NCBI GenBank assembly: GCA_964393245.1
Contig: CAYMTD010000001.1
Span: forward strand, 1-47,378
Length of the DNA: 47,378 nucleotides
Source of the DNA: an uncultured Syntrophaceae bacterium
GTDB taxonomy: Bacteria > Desulfobacterota > BSN033 > UBA1163
Direction of reading: 5' to 3'
Shown piece after piece: positions 1 through 8,196 of this stretch; the stretch's first letter is position 1, and each line of letters begins with the position of its first letter. The notes under the pieces were generated by a model that did no database searches, had not been told where the DNA came from, and was given only the letters and a program-made list of their open reading frames with translations. The translations under genes were made by a program, and so were the position numbers.

Positions 1-125
1 ATATCCACACCACCCGTCGCCCCTTCTTCACAGAGGATGACTGTACAGCCTGTTAGGGCCTTGAAGTTACTGGCGTGACCCACCCTGATACCCGGGACAT
101 CGGTAATCGAACTCGACCTTCTCAT
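1..125 (-). CDS. P1/S58-family peptidase (DmpA-like), N-terminal fragment; gene continues beyond the window start
   Basis: Too short for the ORF track. Reverse-strand ATG at 125 gives MRRSSSITDVPGIRVGHASNFKALTGCTVILCEEGATGGVD. This resembles the ITDVPG-x-VGH / TGCTV N-terminus of DmpA-type peptidases as I recall it. Confidence 0.55.
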   Translation of the reverse strand, partial: MRRSSSITDVPGIRVGHASNFKALTGCTVILCEEGATGGVD

Positions 126-207
126 TTGAAGGCGATCTTACCAAGGAGCGAGGAGAGGTGTCAATGAGTGACTGGTATGCCATCCTTTCTAAGAAAAAAG
201 TAATTTG

Positions 208-235
208 TTGACTTTAACTATGAATTGGCTATAAT
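208..235 (+). promoter_or_regulatory. sigma70-like promoter of the AOR1 leader
   Basis: TTGACT (208-213), 16-nt spacer, TATAAT (230-235). About 215 nt upstream of the AOR1 ATG. Confidence 0.55.
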
Positions 236-261
236 AGAAACGAAAAAAGGGGGTGTCACGA

Positions 262-351
262 AAATACCTCCGACCTATTTCCTCCCTTTGGGAGGGATAG
301 GCGTTAGGGTGCGAGGAGCAATTCTCACGCCTGCCTTGTCTGCAAAGGAGG
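262..351 (+). promoter_or_regulatory. candidate Moco/Tuco (molybdenum/tungsten cofactor) riboswitch aptamer
   Basis: CCUCCGA (267-273) can pair with AAAGGAGG (344-351) to close a multi-stem junction. Internal hairpins at 274-301 and about 300-331, and GCCUG at 329-333. Lies directly upstream of a W/Mo-pterin enzyme gene. Consensus recalled from memory, not scanned. Confidence 0.5.
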
Positions 352-393
352 CAATGTCGGCCCTAAAAAGTTGGACATTGCCCTTTGTTTTTT
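350..393 (+). terminator. intrinsic terminator / riboswitch expression platform
   Basis: 9-bp stem GGCAATGTC (350-358) / GACATTGCC (374-382) followed by CTTTGTTTTTT. Overlaps the 3' strand of the putative aptamer P1. Confidence 0.6.
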
Positions 394-449
394 GGACTCA
401 GGAGGGATGCTCTGCTTTCAAAAAATTCTAAAGGAAAGGAGGATTTTCA

Positions 450-2180
450 ATGGACAGAATCTTCAGAATAAATATGGACAGTCTCAAGGTTTCTGAGGAG
501 AAAGTCAGCGGGGATTATATTGGCCTGGGAGGGCGTGGGTTGACATCTATGGTGGTGAGCAAGGAAGTCCCGCCTCTATGTAATCCGATCGGTCAACATA
601 ACAAACTGGTCATCGCCCCCGGGCTTTTGACGGGGACGACCGCTGCAAATTCGGGGAGGCTTTCCATCGGCGGCAAGAGCCCTTTGACAGGAGGGATCAA
701 GGAGAGCAATGTAGGGGGCACGGCGGCAACCAAATTGGCGCGATTGGGCATTGCTGCCATCATTATCGAAGGGAAGCCGGAGAAGGGAAAGCTTTACGGC
801 CTGGCCGTTAGCAAGGACGGGGCAAAGCTCTTCCCAGCGGATGATTTGAAAGGACTGGGGAACTATGCATTAACAGAGAAACTTCAGGCTAAATATGACA
901 AGAAAGCAGGCATTATCTCCATCGGGCCTGCCGGGGAGATGAAGATGGCAATGGCCAGTATCGCTGTCACCAGTACCAACGGGACCCCTTCTCGTCATGC
1001 AGGAAGGGGAGGCATGGGTGCGGTGATGGGATCAAAAGGCTTGAAGGCGATTGTCATCGATGACACAGGAGGTGAAAAGGTCCCTATAAAGAACCCGGAC
1101 CTTTTCAAGGAGGCTTCTCAAAAGTTTGTGAAGGCATTGCGGGAACATCCCGTGACCAGCCAGGGGCTCCCAAAGTATGGCACTAATATTCTGGCAGCGA
1201 TCATTAATGAGGCCGGAGGGTATCCGACCCGGAATTTCTCCTCGGGACGATTTGAGGGGACTGACAAGATTAGTGGAGAGACGATGCATCAGATTATTTC
1301 CAAGAGGGGAGGCAAGACGACCCATTCCGGATGCACGACCTGCATCATTCAGTGTTCGAATGAGTACGTGGATGAAAAAGGCAAATATATCACCTCAGCC
1401 CTTGAATATGAGACGGTCTGGGCCAACGGGGCCAACTGTGGGATTGACGACCTGGATGCGATTGCCCGTATCGACCGCCTTTGCGACGATTATGGGTTTG
1501 ATACGATTGAAATGGGCTGCACGATAGGGGTGGCCATGGAAGCGGGGGTCAAGGAGTTTGGAGACGCCGAAGGTGCGATCCAGTTGATCCATGAGGCCGG
1601 AAAGGGAACGCCTCTGGGAAGGATTATTGGAAACGGCGCTGCTTTCACAGGGAAGGCTTTTGGCGTGACCCGGGTTCCGGTGGTGAAAAACCAGGGAATG
1701 CCCGCTTATGAGCCCCGGGCCATTCAGGGGATCGGCGTGACCTATGCGACTTCGACCATGGGCGCCGACCATACAGCTGGATACGCTACAGCCACAAATA
1801 TTATGAAAGTCGGGGGATATGTCGATCCATTGAAACCTGATGGCCAGATGGCGTTGTCCCAGAATCTTCAGATTACTACTGCCGCCGTTGATTCAACAGG
1901 CCTCTGCCTGTTTATTGCATTTCCAGCACTGGATATGCCGGAATGCTTTGCGGGTGTGATTGGAATGCTCAATGGTCGGTACGGATGGAATCTAACGGCT
2001 GACGACGTGGCCGCCCTCGGAAAGAAGATTCTGAAGGTGGAGAGAGATTTTAATGAGCGGGCAGGCTTTTCCAATCTGGACGACCGGCTGCCGGAGTTTT
2101 TTAAAGAGGAGAAACTCCCTCCCCATAATCTAACTTTTTTGGTTCCCGATGTTGACCTGGATAAGGTCTTTAAGTTTTAA
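450..2180 (+). CDS. aor: aldehyde:ferredoxin oxidoreductase family tungstopterin enzyme (AOR1)
   Basis: 576 aa. AOR N-terminal domain (GLGGRGL..., GGKSPLTGG). CxxCxxxC cluster motif (GCTTCIIQC), LEYE, GADH, and a distal Cys in DSTGLCLF. SD AAGGAAAGGAGG at 431-442. Confidence 0.9.
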   Translation: MDRIFRINMDSLKVSEEKVSGDYIGLGGRGLTSMVVSKEVPPLCNPIGQHNKLVIAPGLLTGTTAANSGRLSIGGKSPLTGGIKESNVGGTAATKLARLGIAAIIIEGKPEKGKLYGLAVSKDGAKLFPADDLKGLGNYALTEKLQAKYDKKAGIISIGPAGEMKMAMASIAVTSTNGTPSRHAGRGGMGAVMGSKGLKAIVIDDTGGEKVPIKNPDLFKEASQKFVKALREHPVTSQGLPKYGTNILAAIINEAGGYPTRNFSSGRFEGTDKISGETMHQIISKRGGKTTHSGCTTCIIQCSNEYVDEKGKYITSALEYETVWANGANCGIDDLDAIARIDRLCDDYGFDTIEMGCTIGVAMEAGVKEFGDAEGAIQLIHEAGKGTPLGRIIGNGAAFTGKAFGVTRVPVVKNQGMPAYEPRAIQGIGVTYATSTMGADHTAGYATATNIMKVGGYVDPLKPDGQMALSQNLQITTAAVDSTGLCLFIAFPALDMPECFAGVIGMLNGRYGWNLTADDVAALGKKILKVERDFNERAGFSNLDDRLPEFFKEEKLPPHNLTFLVPDVDLDKVFKF

Positions 2181-2197
2181 CGCTTCGCAGTCGCGGG

Positions 2198-2225
2198 GGG
2201 GGCGGGAGAGTTGAGTCCCGCCCCC
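2198..2225 (+). terminator. GC-rich stem-loop after AOR1 (possible terminator or attenuator)
   Basis: GGGGGCGGGA (2198-2207) / TCCCGCCCCC (2216-2225), followed by a T-rich but interrupted tract. Confidence 0.4.
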
Positions 2226-2252
2226 TGTTTCGTCCTTTAAGAATAGGAATAG

Positions 2253-2546
2253 ATGCAGGTTACTGTTAAATTACACGCCTCCCTCAGACCGTATGGAAGG
2301 AGCGATTCCAACGACGGCCTCTTTCCACTTGAGGCAGCCGAGAAAGCAACCGTGCATGAGGTCATACGGGAACTGGGAATTCCTCCTGAAAAAGTGAGGA
2401 TGATTTTACTCAATGGGAGGGGTGTTGATTTTGATAGCATTTTATCCAACGGCGACCGGATTGCTATTTTTCCGCCGGAAATGGCGTTTAATATGTATGT
2501 CGCCATCTCCTTCCGGAGAGATTTAAATCATCAGAAAAAATCTTGA
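2253..2546 (+). CDS. beta-grasp (MoaD/ThiS/Ub-like) small protein lacking a C-terminal diglycine
   Basis: 97 aa. Pattern ...ATVHEVIRELGIPPEKVRMILLNGRGVDFDSILSNGDRIAIFPPE.. is typical of MoaD/ThiS or Ub-Mut7C-type beta-grasp domains. The tail continues about 20 aa with no GG. Confidence 0.65.
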   Translation: MQVTVKLHASLRPYGRSDSNDGLFPLEAAEKATVHEVIRELGIPPEKVRMILLNGRGVDFDSILSNGDRIAIFPPEMAFNMYVAISFRRDLNHQKKS

Positions 2547-2558
2547 GTGTGAGGGGAA

Positions 2559-3020
2559 TTGGTAACGGTCTATGTTAAGTTGACGGGAAGTTTTCTCCCA
2601 TATGGTTCTCCAGAACAGCCGGGGCCCATTGAAATTACCCTCAAGAATGGAGCCACGATCCAGGAGGCCATTCAAGCGTTGGGGATACCCAAGGAAAGAG
2701 TCAAGCTGATCTTTGTTAATCACAGGGGGGCCTTTTTGGATCAGCTGCTCAAAGATGGAGACAGGGTTTCCCTTTTTCCGGCAGAATATCCGGTTTTCGC
2801 TGATTGGAAGGGATCTATTCTTAGGAAAGCACATGACGATGAGATGATCGAGGAGGGGAGAATGAAAAAGTGGAAGTGCTCAATTTGCGACTATATCTAT
2901 GACCCATCAAAGGGAGATCCTGATAACGGAGTGAAACCTGGAACGGCCTTTGAGGCAATTCCAGATGACTGGGTTTGCCCCACTTGCGGTGCCGGAAAGG
3001 ATATGTTTGAACCCCAGTAG
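2559..3020 (+). CDS. beta-grasp domain protein reading in frame into a complete rubredoxin (fusion or read-through)
   Basis: TTG start. Residues 1-80 are a paralogue of 2253..2546. The C-terminal 52 aa, [15 protein letters not shown]...[18 protein letters not shown], is a canonical rubredoxin (CxxC...CPxCG). An internal SD GAGGAGGGG (2850-2858) plus in-frame ATG at 2862 could give a free 52-aa rubredoxin. Confidence 0.7.
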   Translation: MVTVYVKLTGSFLPYGSPEQPGPIEITLKNGATIQEAIQALGIPKERVKLIFVNHRGAFLDQLLKDGDRVSLFPAEYPVFADWKGSILRKAHDDEMIEEGRMKKWKCSICDYIYDPSKGDPDNGVKPGTAFEAIPDDWVCPTCGAGKDMFEPQ

Positions 3021-3134
3021 CACTTAGAAGGAAGAATGCTGAGGTTGTTAAGCCCAGTCCAATTTGGAGATCTCCCACCAATTACAGGTGCGTGTACAAA
3101 GATATCCTGCAAGGCAAACTATAAAATTCCAGAT

Positions 3135-3333
3135 GGATGGTCTCCTAAAAAGTCCCTAACGTAGTCGTTGCGAGCGAAGCGAAGCAACCTCGTATTTTGT
3201 AAGTGCTTGACTTCACGGGACTGCGGAACCTGTTCCGAGCTTCGCGAGGAATCTCCGGGTTTGCTTCGGCTGCGCCTCGCAACCGCTATGCTCCTCGCAA
3301 TGACATGTGGTTGGACTCTTTACGAATTCATTA
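3135..3333. repeat. MITE-like repeat, diverged member of the TGATG...CATCA family
   Basis: Left end GGATGGTCTCCTAAAAAGTC and right end GACTCTTTACGAATTCATTA resemble the termini of the copies at 10586, 32602 and 45344. Internal hairpin GTCGTTGCGAG...CTCGCAATGAC. Confidence 0.6.
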
Positions 3334-3452
3334 AATTTGAGAATTCAAAATTCTATTTTTTCTATCCCTCAATTCTTCAATTCAGCAAACCGAACTTCTC
3401 CTTTACGAAGACCTGATAATGGGATAATCGTTATTCAAAGGGAGGGGATGGA

Positions 3453-4004
3453 ATGGATCTGATGGAGGCGATCAAGGGAAGACGCAGCATAAGGAAATAC
3501 AAAGCGGAGCCCGTTTCTGAGGAGGTGCTTCAAAATCTGATGGAGGCAGTCAGATGGTCTCCGTCCTGGGCAAATAGCCAGTGCTGGGAGGTGATCCTTG
3601 TCAGGGACCCCAGTATGAAATCCGAATTGGCCAATACGCTACCATCGACTAATCCGGCCCGTTCCTCAATGACCGAGGCTCCATTGGTCGTCGTCCTTTG
3701 TGGTAAGAAGGGAATCTCTGGTTTCAAAAAAGGCGAAGCAGCCACCGTGAAAGGGGATTGGTTGATGTTTGATACTGGCATTGCCATGCAAACCCTCTGT
3801 TTGGCCGCTCATGCGCTGGGATTGGGAACTGTGATTGTTGGGCTATTTGATCACAACAAGGCCGAAGAGATTTTGGGCCTTCCCCAGAATGTTGAAGTGG
3901 TGGCTATGACGCCCCTGGGATACCCCGAGGCACAGGGAACTGCACCCAAGCGAAAAAAAATTTCTGAGTTCGTTTTCAGCGAGAGGTATCCCAAGAAGCA
4001 ATAA
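3453..4004 (+). CDS. nitroreductase-family flavoprotein
   Basis: 183 aa. N-terminus MDLMEAIKGRRSIRKY is the classic nitroreductase signature. SD GGAGGGG upstream. Confidence 0.85.
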   Translation: MDLMEAIKGRRSIRKYKAEPVSEEVLQNLMEAVRWSPSWANSQCWEVILVRDPSMKSELANTLPSTNPARSSMTEAPLVVVLCGKKGISGFKKGEAATVKGDWLMFDTGIAMQTLCLAAHALGLGTVIVGLFDHNKAEEILGLPQNVEVVAMTPLGYPEAQGTAPKRKKISEFVFSERYPKKQ

Positions 4005-4121
4005 ATCCAGATGTTGAAATCCATCCCCCCTTTTACAGAGGAACGAGAGTAACTCATGAAGATGTCCGATAGGGTGTAAGTTCTACCAAGAAAATCTTTA
4101 TAAGATTGGAAATAAAGTGAG

Positions 4122-5270
4122 GTGACTATGCTTTATGAACTGAACGACGAGCAGACGACCTTTCGAAAGAGGGTCCGAGAGATTTACGAAAGAGAGGTCC
4201 GCCCTCTGGTTGAGGAGTATGAGAGAAACGAGACCTTCCCGGTTCACCTCTTTCGAATCCTGGGGGTGGAGCATCTCCTCTGCCTGCGATGCCCTAAAGA
4301 ATATGGGGGGCCTGGCTTAGACAAGATTTCGGAGTGCATTGCAGTGGAGGAATTGAATCGGATCTGCGTGGGCATCGGCGCAGGGATCATGGTTCAAGGA
4401 GGTCTGGCTACAGATCCCATTCTCCATTATGGATCCGACGAGCTCAAGAGAAACTATCTTTTGCCGGCAGCACGAGGAGAGAAAATTGGTGCCTTTGCGC
4501 TGACGGAGCCAGATGCAGGGTCGGATGCCTCTGGAATTCGGATGACTGCTTTGAAACAGGGCAATGGCTACCGCCTCAATGGGTCAAAGACCTTCATCAC
4601 CAATGGGACGATCTGTGATTTTGTGACCGTGGCGGCCTATACAGATCCCACCAAAAGGGGGACGGGGATCAACCTCTTTATCGTGAATCGAGATGATCCC
4701 GGATTTTCTGTAGCGAAAAAGCTGGAGAAGTTAGGCAACCATTCATCAGATACGGCTGAACTGGCTTTTGATGACTGTTTCGTTCCTAAGGAGAGGATGC
4801 TCGGAGAGCAGGAGGGCGGGGGACTAACACAATTAGAGGAGACCCTCAAATCAGGGAGGATTACATACGGAGCGAGGAGCACGGGAGTAGGACAGGCAAC
4901 CTTCGATGCCCTCATTCCGTATATCAAGCGGACTCGGAGGCATGCTGAACCCTTGAGAAGGTCCCAGGCCATTCGATTTGTCTTGGCAGAGATGGCGATG
5001 TCGATCGAGGTGATGAGATATGTGACCTTCCGAGGAGCATGGCTTTATGATCAAGGCATAGCCTCGATGAAGGACGCCTCGGTCGTGAAACTCTTCTGCA
5101 CCGAATCGGTCCAGAGGATCGTTCAGAAGGCCATGGCCATTCAAAAGAATATGGGTTTAATGATGGAGAATCCCATTCAGAGATTTCTGCGGGATGCAAG
5201 ACTGTTCAAAATTCCAGAAGGGACTTCCGAAATACAGCATTTAGTGATCTCAAGAGAATTGGGGATTTAG
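4122..5270 (+). CDS. acyl-CoA dehydrogenase (ACAD-1)
   Basis: 382 aa. GAFALTEPDAGSD, ITNG, and C-terminal PEGTSEIQ block. The ATG at 4128 after AGGTGA may be the true start. Confidence 0.85.
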   Translation: MTMLYELNDEQTTFRKRVREIYEREVRPLVEEYERNETFPVHLFRILGVEHLLCLRCPKEYGGPGLDKISECIAVEELNRICVGIGAGIMVQGGLATDPILHYGSDELKRNYLLPAARGEKIGAFALTEPDAGSDASGIRMTALKQGNGYRLNGSKTFITNGTICDFVTVAAYTDPTKRGTGINLFIVNRDDPGFSVAKKLEKLGNHSSDTAELAFDDCFVPKERMLGEQEGGGLTQLEETLKSGRITYGARSTGVGQATFDALIPYIKRTRRHAEPLRRSQAIRFVLAEMAMSIEVMRYVTFRGAWLYDQGIASMKDASVVKLFCTESVQRIVQKAMAIQKNMGLMMENPIQRFLRDARLFKIPEGTSEIQHLVISRELGI

Positions 5271-5281
5271 GAGAAGAGAGG

Positions 5282-6421
5282 ATGGATTTTGAACTATCCA
5301 GTGAGCAGAAGGATGTTCAAGAAGCGGCTATGAAGTTTGCCCAGGGGGAGTTCGATCCTGACTTGGCCTTAGAGCTGGATCAGAACGGGCAATTCCCAGA
5401 ATCGATATGGAAGAAGGCTTGTCAGTTAGGGTTCATCGGGATTCATTACCCAGAGGAGTTTGGGGGTCAGGGGCTGGGTCTTTTCGAAAATATTCTGGTC
5501 ATTGAAGCATTCTGTAGGGTCGATTCCGGGATTGGGAGCACTTTGGCCATGGTTGATCTTGGTTCAGAGGTCATTCTAAAATTCGGCACCCATGAACAGA
5601 AGACAAGCTTCGTTCTCCCTTTGGCAAAGGGAGGGAAGCGGCTGAGCGTCGCCTTTGCCGAATCAGAAGATGGGAAAGATATCTCATCTATCGTGACTAC
5701 TGTAGAGAAGAGGGAGGGGGGATATCATATCCAAGGCAGAAAGCGATTTGTGCTCAATGCCTCTTTTTCTGATGCCTTCATCGTGCTTTGTAAGGAGGCG
5801 AAAGAAGGTTGGACCACATTGATTGTCGAGAGAAAAAATGGTGGCGTTGAGATCCATCCTATCGAAAAGATGGGGTTGAGGATGGTTCCATTTGGGGATC
5901 TTTACTTAAAGGAGGTTCGGGTACCTGTCGGGAACCGTGTGGGAGATGAAGGTGAGGGGATGGCACATGTTAACTACCACCATCAGGTGATGGGACTTAG
6001 AAGCGTTGCTCAGGCCTTGGGTATGGCGCAGGGGGCTCTTGACCGGACGATTAAATATTCCAAACAGAGAGAGCAATTTGGCAAGAAGCTCTCACAGTTT
6101 CAAGTGATCCGACATAAACTGGCTGACATGGCTGTAAGTATCGAGGTGGCCCGTTGGTTTGCCTATAAGTTGGCGGTAGAACATGATCGGCAAAGAATGG
6201 ATTCTGGACTTCTTTCTATGGCCCAACTGGATGTGGGGAGGAAATTGATCTCTATCGTGGACGAGGCTGTGCAGATCTTTGGAGGCTACGGGTACATTGC
6301 CGAAGAGGCCATCGAGCACTATTTTCGGGATGCATGGGCCATGGCCGTAGAATTGGGGACGGAAGAAGAGCTCAAAGATATGATTGCTGATGGGCTGTTG
6401 GGGCCACTCGATAAGAAGTAA
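5282..6421 (+). CDS. acyl-CoA dehydrogenase family protein (ACAD-2, divergent)
   Basis: 379 aa. ACAD fold motifs are present but the C-terminal catalytic block is diverged (AVELGTEEE instead of IYEGTSEIQ). 11 nt after ACAD-1. Confidence 0.75.
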   Translation: MDFELSSEQKDVQEAAMKFAQGEFDPDLALELDQNGQFPESIWKKACQLGFIGIHYPEEFGGQGLGLFENILVIEAFCRVDSGIGSTLAMVDLGSEVILKFGTHEQKTSFVLPLAKGGKRLSVAFAESEDGKDISSIVTTVEKREGGYHIQGRKRFVLNASFSDAFIVLCKEAKEGWTTLIVERKNGGVEIHPIEKMGLRMVPFGDLYLKEVRVPVGNRVGDEGEGMAHVNYHHQVMGLRSVAQALGMAQGALDRTIKYSKQREQFGKKLSQFQVIRHKLADMAVSIEVARWFAYKLAVEHDRQRMDSGLLSMAQLDVGRKLISIVDEAVQIFGGYGYIAEEAIEHYFRDAWAMAVELGTEEELKDMIADGLLGPLDKK

Positions 6422-6472
6422 TTCCAGTCGTTCCTATTGTTCCAAAAAGGGAAGGGGGGTAGAAAGGGAAGA

Positions 6473-7729
6473 ATGGAAGACGTTGTCATTGTTGGTGGTG
6501 TGCGTACGCCCGTGGGGAACTTCGGCGGTTCGCTAAAAGGCGTAAGGGCCTATGACCTGGGAGCCGTGGTTCTCAATGAAGTACTCAAGAGGACGAAGCT
6601 CGATGCCAATAAAGTAGACATGGTCATCATGGGGCAGAACTACCAGAGCGGTGAATATGTCAATATTGCTCGCATGTCGCTCCTCAAGGCTGGCTGGCCT
6701 GTCGAAATCCCCGGTTTAACGGTTGATCGAAGATGTCCGAGCGGCTTCGATGCTGTCTGTATAGCTTCTATGTTCATCCAGTGTGGGAATGCGGACATCA
6801 TTGTGGCTGGGGGTGTGGAGAGCATGAGCACGGCTGAATTTTATTTGCAGGGCGATGTTCGATGGGGGATCGGTGGGACAGGCGATATGCCCCGTGGCCA
6901 TGGTAGCCTTTCCATGTGGGGGATTCCTTTCTATGACAGAATCCAGCGGGGTCGTGTCATGTCACAACCAGAGGATAGGTTCGGGATCCTGCCAAGCATG
7001 ATGAGTTGGGCAGAAACTGCGGCCAAGGAGTGCGGTATCACCAGAGAGGAAGCCGATCGATGGGCGGTCCTGAGCAACCAAAGAGCTTGTGCTGCCATGG
7101 ATTCGGGGAAATTCAAGGAGGAAATTGTTCCTGTACCTCTCGCTGGGCGGAAGGGAGAAACGGCACTGTTCAGTGAGGATGAACGGCCTCGCAGGGACAC
7201 AACTCTGGAGGGGCTCTCCAAGCTGAAACCGGTGCTGGGCGGGGTTTGCACGGCCGGTAACTCATCGGGTGAGAATGATGGTGCTGCTGTCTGCGTTTTG
7301 ATGACAGAGAAAAGGTCGAAGGAACTAAATCTAAAACCCTTGGGAACGCTCCGGGCATTTGCGTTTAGCGGTGCTGACCCACGTTCTGCCTGGAAGGCGG
7401 CGTCGGTGGCCGCAAATCTGGCTTTGAAAAAAACCGGACTCACAATCGGACAGATTGACCTTATTGAGATCCACGAGGCGTTTGCCGCCCAGACTTTGGC
7501 CAATATGAGAGAGTTAGGACTCACTGAGAAGGATTATGACCGCGTGAACGTCAATGGTTCTTGTGTTTCCATTGGTCATCCTTTAGGTGCGACCGGGGCC
7601 AGGATACTCATCACCCTCCTTTACGAGATGAGAAGACGCCGCTCAAGGTACGGGATGATCGCCATCTGCGGAGGCGGCGGCATGGGCGTCTCCGGTATTA
7701 TCGAACGGGCGGAACCCCTTTTGTGTTAG
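6473..7729 (+). CDS. acetyl-CoA C-acyltransferase (thiolase II type)
   Basis: MEDVVIVGGVRTPVG N-terminus, active-site Cys context RRCPSG, C-terminal GHPLGATGARIL and CGGGGMG. The ORF track starts at TTG 6437; ATG 6473 with an upstream SD is preferred. Confidence 0.85.
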   Translation: MEDVVIVGGVRTPVGNFGGSLKGVRAYDLGAVVLNEVLKRTKLDANKVDMVIMGQNYQSGEYVNIARMSLLKAGWPVEIPGLTVDRRCPSGFDAVCIASMFIQCGNADIIVAGGVESMSTAEFYLQGDVRWGIGGTGDMPRGHGSLSMWGIPFYDRIQRGRVMSQPEDRFGILPSMMSWAETAAKECGITREEADRWAVLSNQRACAAMDSGKFKEEIVPVPLAGRKGETALFSEDERPRRDTTLEGLSKLKPVLGGVCTAGNSSGENDGAAVCVLMTEKRSKELNLKPLGTLRAFAFSGADPRSAWKAASVAANLALKKTGLTIGQIDLIEIHEAFAAQTLANMRELGLTEKDYDRVNVNGSCVSIGHPLGATGARILITLLYEMRRRRSRYGMIAICGGGGMGVSGIIERAEPLLC

Positions 7730-8032
7730 TGCTTGCACTGACGAAAGGATAACGGTGATCAAGGTTGGCAGAGTTCGAATCAAGCCGCTCCTGCCGGCGT
7801 CGCGGCTGGCGCTGGCTGGGACGAGGCCGGAATGCGTCCGGTTAATACGTAAGCAGTTGCTTTTTTAAGGGACATTGTGGGCGAGCCAACTCATGGTTTA
7901 AATTACGTCAATACCTTTCCGTATATGATTCTTGCGTAATAGGGTTTCCTCTTCAAGTTGACCAGTTGCTTTACAAATAATGAATTATGGGATAAACATA
8001 GGATAAACAATAATGAAAAGGGGAAGATACGC

Positions 8033-8131
8033 GTGGAATTAATGGAGGCGATCAGAGGCATAAGAAGCATATGAAAATACGCTGGAGGAAGTATCCGGAA
8101 GAGGAAAGAAGCCTCTGAATTCGTCTTTGGT
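8033..8131 (+). pseudogene. relic of a nitroreductase paralogue (in-frame internal deletion plus stop)
   Basis: VELMEAIRGIRSI*KYAGGSIRKRKEASEFVFG aligns to the first 15 aa (MDLMEAIKGRRSIRKY) and last 15 aa (KRKKISEFVFS) of the 3453..4004 product. Nucleotide similarity is also visible (ATGGAGGCGATCA...AGCATA). Confidence 0.6.
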
Positions 8132-8196
8132 TCATCACTTCGTGCGAGGTTTGCTTTGAAATTTGAGCTTAGAAAAGGAAGGCTGATAGCAGAAAG

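Noticed and set aside
225-431. 68-aa ORF upstream of AOR1
   Set aside because: It lies entirely within the structured leader (riboswitch-like stems plus terminator). It starts inside the promoter -10 region, has no SD and matches no recognisable family. The RNA structure explains it better.
3168-3416. 82-aa ORF (MRAKRSNLVFCKCL...LLRLRLATAMLLAMT...)
   Set aside because: It sits inside the MITE-like repeat at 3135-3333. The peptide is the typical read-through translation of hairpin repeats (Cys/Arg/Leu-rich) and has no SD.
6931-7524. 197-aa minus-strand ORF
   Set aside because: It is antisense to the thiolase gene, Ser/Ala/Arg-rich and without motifs.
7760-7800. tRNA-like T-loop string AGTTCGAATC after the thiolase gene
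   Set aside because: No complementary T-stem, acceptor stem or anticodon arm can be drawn around it. It is an isolated chance match.
7755-7868. 37-aa GTG-initiated ORF in a GC-rich patch after the thiolase gene
   Set aside because: It is too short, has no SD and no recognisable motif. It may be a decayed fragment but cannot be supported.
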